Part shown: positions 1 through 5,979 of the stretch, piece by piece
Numbering within the stretch: position 1 is the stretch's first letter
Layout of the letters: the number at the start of each line of letters is the position of its first letter
Source of the DNA: Candidatus Zixiibacteriota bacterium
GTDB taxonomy: Bacteria; Zixibacteria; MSB-5A5; WJJR01
NCBI GenBank assembly: GCA_036170655.1
Contig: JAVHPP010000048.1
Coordinates: 1 to 16,007, forward strand
Direction of reading: 5' to 3'
Length of the DNA: 16,007 bases
The notes under the pieces: generated by a model
Told to the model about the DNA's origin: nothing
Database searches by the model: none
What the model saw: the letters and a program-made list of their open reading frames with translations, nothing else
Made by a program: the position numbers and the translations under genes

Positions 1-511
1 CCCGGAATCGTCCCTCGCACACGGCGCCACAGGTGTCCGTGCACTTAACACCGACGTAAGTCTCAATGGTGTGGTCGGGTGTGAAGCACCACATTCCGTT
101 GGAGATTGTGCCGACGCCAGCGGTCTTCGTGCAGATGATCGTGCCATTCCCATCATCCGTTGCATAGACGGGCAGGCAAATCTTCTTGGGCTCACACTGA
201 TAGATTGTGGTGTCGTTCGGTAAGCGGCAGATCGGCGGATTGTTGACCGTACTGGTGACGATCACTGTGTCGTAGTCGGTGGCGCCGCATGGATCAACCA
301 CTTTGACGACGAACGTGACACTGCCGTTGGCCGTCGGTGTGAAGCAGACCCTATTGTTCAGTGTGTCAATCGATCCCGGTCCTGACACGAGCAATTCCAC
401 CAGACCGGAGAGGCCGTTGGGATCGGAGACCGTGTATGGAACGCAGATGGCCGTAGCACCGCACTGGAACACTGTCGTGTCGTTGCCGAAACCAATGCGC
501 GGCGCACCGTT
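1..511 (-). repeat. Protein-level tandem repeat, ~89 aa per unit (unit 1 511-245; unit 2 from 244, nearly complete at the edge)
   Basis: Unit 1 NGAPRIGFGNDTTVFQCGATAICVPYTVSD...GPGSI...VCFTP...DPCGA vs unit 2 NNPPICRLPNDTTIYQCEPKKICLPVYATD...GVGTI...WCFTP...DTCGA. Confidence 0.85.
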
Positions 512-1399
512 GAGCGTCGTCGAGAATTGAATCCCGTCTCCCTGATAGACGAATGCGCCGCTATAGTGGACGCCGTACGAGTGGTCACACGGATAGTTAT
601 CGGCCGGCAGAATCTTCCCCAGCAAATTGTAGGATTCGCCAACCCCCGTGTAGGGGGTAAATACGCTGGTGTTGGGGTCCTTATCGGGGGACAAACCGAT
701 GGCCGACTGATAGGGATCCAAGGCCTGTAAGCCGCCAAAATCGGTCCAGCCTGCAATGCTGGACAGTGTCCGCTTGTTCTTTCCCAGAAAGATCTGGTTC
801 GCGCCAAAGGCCGGCGAACCGTGCCCGCTTGACCACACGTTGAAGTCGATGGCGCAGCCCTTCAGGCAGAATGTCAGAAAGTCATTGGGATCGCCAGCGC
901 CGTTCTTCCACTCTTTCGTGGTGACATCCCACCAGATTTCATACAATCCGCTGGTATCCCGGCGCACCCAGCCCCAGCGGTCGTTCTGCAGCAGACACTT
1001 ATTGGCCGTTGTGTCGCGCCAGAGTTCAAACCCCTGAATGAAGACGTTGACATTCAGTTGCGGTGGTTCGGTCATCATCGCCAGAATCGAACCGTGGAAT
1101 TGTTCGAGGGAATTCCCGGCTGAGTAGATGTGGTTTGCAACCGTCAAGCAGCCGTTGGCCGGATCCCGATAGATATAGACGCCGCCGCTGTCGGGTGGCG
1201 GCAGCGGAAGGGATGGGACGCCGCTGAAAAACGACGTATCGACGGCATTGTAATTCGGCGGCGGTCCGGGAGGAATGTGGGTGGGAGGCCAGTAGAACGC
1301 CCACGCCGCAGCCGGTCCTGTCAGGGTGATTGCCAGGACGATGAGCAAGATCGTCGCGATTCCGTGCCACGCAATGCGTGTCTTGAGTAGTCGTCTCAT
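1..1399 (-). CDS. Large secreted Cys-rich repeat protein (5' part, 466 codons, continues off the left edge); probable surface/extracellular protein with Ig-like repeats
   Basis: Manual translation from ATG at 1399 (GAGGGAG RBS 5 nt upstream) is stop-free to base 1. Signal peptide MRRLLKTRIAWHGIATILLIVLAITLTGPAAAWA|F, then a Pro-rich start, a ~260-aa unique domain and Cys-rich repeats. Missing from the ORF track because no stop lies in the window. Confidence 0.9.
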   Translation of the reverse strand, partial: MRRLLKTRIAWHGIATILLIVLAITLTGPAAAWAFYWPPTHIPPGPPPNYNAVDTSFFSGVPSLPLPPPDSGGVYIYRDPANGCLTVANHIYSAGNSLEQFHGSILAMMTEPPQLNVNVFIQGFELWRDTTANKCLLQNDRWGWVRRDTSGLYEIWWDVTTKEWKNGAGDPNDFLTFCLKGCAIDFNVWSSGHGSPAFGANQIFLGKNKRTLSSIAGWTDFGGLQALDPYQSAIGLSPDKDPNTSVFTPYTGVGESYNLLGKILPADNYPCDHSYGVHYSGAFVYQGDGIQFSTTLNGAPRIGFGNDTTVFQCGATAICVPYTVSDPNGLSGLVELLVSGPGSIDTLNNRVCFTPTANGSVTFVVKVVDPCGATDYDTVIVTSTVNNPPICRLPNDTTIYQCEPKKICLPVYATDDGNGTIICTKTAGVGTISNGMWCFTPDHTIETYVGVKCTDTCGAVCEGRFR

Positions 1400-1606
1400 G
1401 GTAGCTCCCTCAGAAATTTGGATATGATGAGTTCTCTGACTGATTTCGTTTGCAACGGACTGGGAACTGACTCTTGCCAACGTCATGATTACCTTCCCGT
1501 TTTCGTCGTACTCTGATGGCTCCCAGGTCCGGGTAGCGTACCAGACACCGTGGGTCAGCAGGCCCATGCGGGCAATCGAGACTCATAAGCATGTTCAAGC
1601 AATCAT

Positions 1607-1625
1607 GTTGACAATCATTATCAAC
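1607..1625. promoter_or_regulatory. Fur-box-like 9-1-9 palindrome (candidate operator)
   Basis: GTTGACAAT-C-ATTATCAAC has one mismatch between arms. The core TGACAATCATTATCA differs at one position from the 7-1-7 Fur consensus TGATAATnATTATCA. It overlaps the predicted -10/TSS of the minus-strand gene. Confidence 0.5.
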
Positions 1626-1652
1626 GATAACTCATTTTCAGTCCGCCGTCAA
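1624..1652 (-). promoter_or_regulatory. Candidate sigma70 promoter for the Cys-rich repeat gene
   Basis: Minus strand TTGACG (1652-1647), 17-nt spacer, TATCGT (1629-1624). Confidence 0.45.
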
Positions 1653-2229
1653 GAGGACTTTTCCTCCCCCACCGGTGTGGAGCGAGCGGGGCCTGGATAA
1701 CAGACGACCGCCAGACACCCCGCAGCTTGGCACAGGTGGCCCTGGGCCCTGCTTCGGGCCTCCTCTCGCGGTCGCTGTTAGAGTATATCGTCACGCCTTT
1801 GAGAATCACGAGCCACAGAATGATTCTGACAAGGGTAGTAACAGGCGGTGACACGTTTTTGACATGGCCAACGACACCTGGTGGCGCTACTGTCGAAATC
1901 CTCAGCCGTCAGCGGTCACTAACGCCGACGGCATCGGACGATCAGGCAAAGATAGCGAGCAGCGTTGCCATCGCCTGGGGCTAGGATTCGCGATTAAAGA
2001 ACCACTTTCATGCGGCGGCCTATCATATTGTAGTGCCAGCGCTTACGTCGTACGCTCAGTTGTGGCTTCGCCCATTCCGATTCGGTATCGAGCATCGGTA
2101 CTTAAGGCGTCAGAACAGGGACGATCCAATATTCCGTCACGGGCAAGCTGAACCGCTCATTTCGCAATGAGTTATAGAAAGCGAGGGAATCACGACAAAT
2201 TCTATCATGACATATTGCAAATATTTTGC

Positions 2230-2259
2230 TTGACACGGCGCCGACGATTCAGAGATAAT
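2230..2259 (+). promoter_or_regulatory. Candidate sigma70 promoter for the pilin-like/secretin cluster
   Basis: TTGACA (2230-2235), 18-nt spacer, GATAAT (2254-2259), preceded by an AT-rich tract. Confidence 0.5.
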
Positions 2260-2529
2260 GGCATGTCACTCAGCCATCGCAAGCCCTACTCGTGCTGGGG
2301 TGACGTGTGTTGCCAAGGAATTAGTTCGGGGAAAAGGATTTCCCAAGAGGGTGGTTTGCCAGTTGTGCTCCGGAGCTGAGGATGCCGGTGCGACAGTCAG
2401 CATATGTCTGCGCGGAGGATCAGAGTGGATTACATAAACGAACGGATTGTTCCCGTGTTCACAGGCATACCCAGTACCAAAGGCCATGTCAATTTGTTGG
2501 CTTCGTTGAACGGGAGACTGAAAAAGCAT

Positions 2530-2556
2530 TTACACTATGCTTACGCGATAGTGTAA
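2530..2556. promoter_or_regulatory. Perfect 9-bp inverted repeat (operator or leader hairpin)
   Basis: TTACACTAT-gcttacgcg-ATAGTGTAA, about 50 nt upstream of the 2609 start. Confidence 0.4.
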
Positions 2557-2608
2557 TTGAACGCATCGATCTGACTGACTCGTACTCTTTATGTTTGGAG
2601 AGAATGGC

Positions 2609-3280
2609 ATGAGTCATCCTTCACTGCGATCCATCTGCATCACGGGCGCCGTCGCTGTCGTTCTCATTCTCACAAGTAATGGGCTGGTAACTGCCGACGG
2701 GATTCGTGCTCTCGCTCCCAAGAACGCTCCACGCAGCGCGCCACGCGGAATCGCTGACAAGAGTGGCAATCAAGGTATGACGAGAGAGGCGATCATCGTC
2801 CGCAAAGGCGACGAACCCATGGGAGTGTCGCTGGGAATGCCGCAACAGGTCCGGGAGCGCCCTTGGGTGGAATGGTCCATCTCATCGACGGCGCTCACTT
2901 ACGCTGTGCGTACCCCCGGGCGTTATGCTTCCCGATGGGGCGCCATCGGTATTCGGTCCAACTCTGCTGTCATTCTTGATTTTGACCACTTTGGCGATCT
3001 GAAGCAGACGACTGACGGTCGCAGCATGGAGATGGAGCTGGGTGTTGCCGAAGGCGCCACGAATCCGAATCAGGTCAATTTCTGTTCCGCGGGAAAGTTC
3101 AACGAGCAGGATATCCACCTGACAAAGGCGCAGGCCGGCGCCTTCCAGTGCGATCTTTGGTGCCGGGTCAACGTGACACGTGCCGTTGGGGCGGGCGACT
3201 ACGAGCGTAAAGCGACGATTACAGTGGCCTTGGTAAACGGATACGACTGGACCGAACTGACAGACGAAACTTCAAAATGA
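2609..3280 (+). CDS. Exported hypothetical protein, pilin-like; paralog of 3437-4213 (223 aa)
   Basis: ATG 2609 follows GGAGAG RBS (track start 2591 lacks one). N-terminal hydrophobic signal. Shares W-x-x-x-S-x-S-x-T...VRxPGxYA...SN..V..D...F..L and a C-terminal R.xV.R...A..Y...A.IT block with the next gene. Confidence 0.8.
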   Translation: MSHPSLRSICITGAVAVVLILTSNGLVTADGIRALAPKNAPRSAPRGIADKSGNQGMTREAIIVRKGDEPMGVSLGMPQQVRERPWVEWSISSTALTYAVRTPGRYASRWGAIGIRSNSAVILDFDHFGDLKQTTDGRSMEMELGVAEGATNPNQVNFCSAGKFNEQDIHLTKAQAGAFQCDLWCRVNVTRAVGAGDYERKATITVALVNGYDWTELTDETSK

Positions 3281-3297
3281 AGGCCATTCTTTTCTGT

Positions 3298-3460
3298 GGC
3301 AGTAGATCGTACCAATACCCATCACATCCGGCGTACTCCGGAAGGAGGAAGTACCATGAAGAAAATACTGTTGTTCACGGCAGTAGATCGTACCAAAACC
3401 CACCACATCCGGCGTAGTCCGGAAGGAGGAAGCACCATGAAGAAAGTACTGTTGTTCACG
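3298..3460 (+). repeat. Tandem direct repeat, 2 x 81 nt, each copy containing a hairpin, an AAGGAGGA RBS, an ATG and the first 8 codons of the downstream gene
   Basis: Copies 3298-3378 and 3379-3459 match at 76/81 nt. ATGs at 3356 and 3437 are in frame (MKKILLFT / MKKVLLFT). Confidence 0.95.
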
Positions 3461-4213
3461 ATGGTCGGCTTGTTCGTCATGGCCGTCTCGGGGCTGGCTC
3501 AGACACCCGTCCCGCCCGTCGGAATCTACGAGGTCGAGGTATTCGATTGCGACTCCGTGACCGGTCTCTACCTCGGCGGGCCCGGGCACCTCGGCCAGGG
3601 CGATTGGTTGGCGCGCTGCTTTGCTTCCAACGAAGCGAAGGGGAACTGCAACAAGAAGAACTGGCTGATCCCAGTCACCGTCCATGCGTCGGTCGCGCAG
3701 TGGATCGATTTCAGCATGAGCGGAACCCGCTGGGACTGGTTTGTCCGCAAGCCGGGATACTACGCTGCCAACTGCATTACTGCCAAGGTGGCGTCTAACG
3801 GCAACGTTGCGATCGACTACAGTGGTTTCGACAGTCTGCGCAGCCTTACATACCCGACCGGGCCCAACACGCCGATTGGGATCGACTACTCCTTCGGCGG
3901 CAGCATCACCGAGGCCGTGGCGAATGGCTGGGTACCGGCTCCCCTTCTCAACAACGACGACGATCTGCTGGTTGAGAACGACTACTGGTACACCAATCCC
4001 GTCGGCGGCGGCACTGGCGGCAATCGGCTCCACGAGAGCTTGACTTGGAAGCTGTTCAACCGGATTCATGTCGTGCGCTGCAACACCGCGTGCGAGTATC
4101 AAAACGTGGCTTTGATTACGCTTGTCGAGGCCGGGCAGAAGCCCTGGATCGAACCGGAACTCGGCGGCTATAAACAGCCCCTTATTGATTGGGTGGGTGT
4201 CCCGATACCGTAG
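3437..4213 (+). CDS. Secreted hypothetical protein, candidate major fibre subunit (258 aa; alternative in-frame start 3356)
   Basis: Strong RBS AAGGAGGA. Classic Sec signal MKKVLLFTMVGLFVMAVSGLA|Q. Six Cys in the mature part, beta-strand-like patterning, C-terminal ACEYQNVALITL. Confidence 0.88.
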   Translation: MKKVLLFTMVGLFVMAVSGLAQTPVPPVGIYEVEVFDCDSVTGLYLGGPGHLGQGDWLARCFASNEAKGNCNKKNWLIPVTVHASVAQWIDFSMSGTRWDWFVRKPGYYAANCITAKVASNGNVAIDYSGFDSLRSLTYPTGPNTPIGIDYSFGGSITEAVANGWVPAPLLNNDDDLLVENDYWYTNPVGGGTGGNRLHESLTWKLFNRIHVVRCNTACEYQNVALITLVEAGQKPWIEPELGGYKQPLIDWVGVPIP

Positions 4214-4242
4214 TTGCACATAACGTGTGACAGGTGAGATCC

Positions 4243-5979
4243 ATGGCCGTCGTAGTCGAATACGTGTGGCGCCCCGTTCGCAAAGAACGGGGCGCCGCCG
4301 CATTGGTTGTGTTGCTGACCGCCATGCTTCTGACGGTCTGGATCAATCCCCCTGTTGCCTTTGCGCAGGGGGATTTCAAGCTTCTCCTAACACCGCAGTT
4401 GGCCCAGATTCAGTTGGGGCCGGGCTCCCGCACGGAACTGAGTTTTCAACTGTCGAACAACGACAAGACGAAGCCGCTCCGCGCGAAGGTCTTTCTCAGT
4501 GATATCAAGCAGGGTATCCGCGGGCAGTACCTGCTCAGCGATTCCGCCATGCCGTATTCATGCGTATCGTGGATGAAGCTGAAGGACACTCTCCTTGAAA
4601 TCCCCGCGAATACGACCGCGGAGGTCAGAGTTCCAGTTAAGGTCCCCGGTTATGCGAAAGGCGGAGCCTACGGCGCCGTCGTCTTTGAGATGTTGCCGGA
4701 GGCGGCGCCACGAGGGGAAAAGCCACAAGCGTCTAACATGTATCGCCTCCGTCTGCCCGCGTACGTGGAGATCGCTATCAAGCGCACCGGTGGCAGCGTG
4801 CGGCGCTTGAAAGCAGGCGAGATCCTGATCGAGACGGCCGCCGACAACGCGGAACTCGCCAAAGAATATGGGAAGGACCATTTCCTTGTGGCGGCAGAGA
4901 TTGAGAACACCGGCAACATTCTGCTCGAAGTTCGCGGGCGGCTCGCGATTCGCGACGAGAAGGGGCATCTGGCGAAATTGGTGCCGCTGGGCGCCGGACG
5001 CGGCGCCATCTTGCCGGGAGCGAAGACCAAGGTGCGGTCCATCCTGAAGCGTCTCAATCCCGGGAAATACACGATTCGCGCCATCATCCAGTACGGGGCG
5101 CATTCTCCCGCCATATCACAGACCACCTTCAATGTGTCCCGTACGGGGGCACAGCGGCTTGGGGGCGTGGACGTTTCGGTCCCCGTGGAAGTCGATATCC
5201 GCCCGGAGTTGATCCGTCTCAACGCTCCGGCCAAGTCTTTCCGCTCACTCGGGCTGACGTTGCTCAACCGTGAAGCGTACCCTGTTGCGATCGATGTGCG
5301 CATCGGGCAATTCTACCACGATATTGATGGACAAGTGTGGACAACACCGATGGCCGACTCGGGCCGGACGATCAAGCGTTGGATGACCTATGAACCGGAT
5401 TCGGTCACCATCGGTCCCAGCCGCCAGCAGAATGTCCGTCTCACGCTCAATGTTCCCGATTCTGCCGCGGGAGGCTATTATGGCTGTGTGCTTCTGATTG
5501 CCAGGCCTTTGGATAGCGCCGGCGCGCCGACTACAGCCATCCCCGCCGAGTTGAATGTGCCGATCTATCTGGTCGTGAATCCGGGTTCGCAGTACAGTGG
5601 TGAAATCGATAATGTTGAAGCAGACCGCACGGGGGGAGGCGTGACGTTCAAAATAGTCGCGCGCAATACCGGCAACATCCATACGGTCGCGACCGGATCT
5701 GTCACAGTTCAGAAGTGGGCGGAGGACAAATCTGTTATCGACAGCCTGATTGTCTTGTCGAAACCGACGTTCGAGGATGTCGGCACGGTGGCAATTGAGG
5801 TCGATTCCGTGTTTATTCTTCCCGGCGAACGGCACATGCTCTCGTCCCAGACGGTTGAGCGGTTGCCGGTCGGCAAGTACAAGGCCATTGTGCAAGTCGC
5901 ATTTGGTCCCAAGCAATCACCCGTGACGAAGGAGAAGGAATTTGTTATCACTAAGCCGGTCGAGCAAAAAGAAGAGTAA
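4243..5979 (+). CDS. Exported protein with two tandem copies of a two-domain PapD/DUF916-DUF3324-like (pilus chaperone-like) module (578 aa)
   Basis: ATG 4243 after AGGTGA. Signal peptide ending VAFA|Q. Both halves contain WM, VP..A.GG.YG, NTGNI, ILPG and GKY motifs. The family assignment is by motif recognition only. Confidence 0.75.
   Translation: MAVVVEYVWRPVRKERGAAALVVLLTAMLLTVWINPPVAFAQGDFKLLLTPQLAQIQLGPGSRTELSFQLSNNDKTKPLRAKVFLSDIKQGIRGQYLLSDSAMPYSCVSWMKLKDTLLEIPANTTAEVRVPVKVPGYAKGGAYGAVVFEMLPEAAPRGEKPQASNMYRLRLPAYVEIAIKRTGGSVRRLKAGEILIETAADNAELAKEYGKDHFLVAAEIENTGNILLEVRGRLAIRDEKGHLAKLVPLGAGRGAILPGAKTKVRSILKRLNPGKYTIRAIIQYGAHSPAISQTTFNVSRTGAQRLGGVDVSVPVEVDIRPELIRLNAPAKSFRSLGLTLLNREAYPVAIDVRIGQFYHDIDGQVWTTPMADSGRTIKRWMTYEPDSVTIGPSRQQNVRLTLNVPDSAAGGYYGCVLLIARPLDSAGAPTTAIPAELNVPIYLVVNPGSQYSGEIDNVEADRTGGGVTFKIVARNTGNIHTVATGSVTVQKWAEDKSVIDSLIVLSKPTFEDVGTVAIEVDSVFILPGERHMLSSQTVERLPVGKYKAIVQVAFGPKQSPVTKEKEFVITKPVEQKEE

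Noticed and set aside
279..1390. Track ORFs overlapping the left gene (e.g. 358-807 -, 1026-1370 -, 279-530 +)
   Set aside because: They are shadow frames of the stop-free minus-strand CDS starting at 1399.
1400..2600. Known riboswitches (c-di-GMP-I/II, c-di-AMP, SAM-I) and sigma54 promoters
   Set aside because: Only isolated fragments such as GGCAAACC, GTGCCAA and TGGCAC occur, without the remaining consensus in the right order or spacing.
1410..2612. Short ORFs of 62-95 aa in the divergent intergenic region
   Set aside because: They overlap each other on both strands, lack convincing RBSs or recognisable motifs, and cover promoter-like sequence.
3296..3436. ORF-track start at 3296 (305 aa)
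   Set aside because: The extension is just the translated duplicated leader; there is no RBS at 3296, and the signal peptide begins at 3437.
3298..3460. Repeat considered as CRISPR array or IS end
   Set aside because: Only two abutting 81-nt copies, with no spacers, cas genes or transposase.
4273..4330. RKERG|AAALVVLL resembles a class III (prepilin/Tad-type) cleavage site
   Set aside because: There is no Glu at +5, a good SPase I site (AFA|Q) follows, the body is not pilin-like, and no prepilin peptidase is in the window.
3272..5951. Long antisense ORFs (3272-4303, 4558-5103, 4668-5303, 5245-5916)
   Set aside because: These are typical GC-rich antisense shadows of well-supported plus-strand genes.
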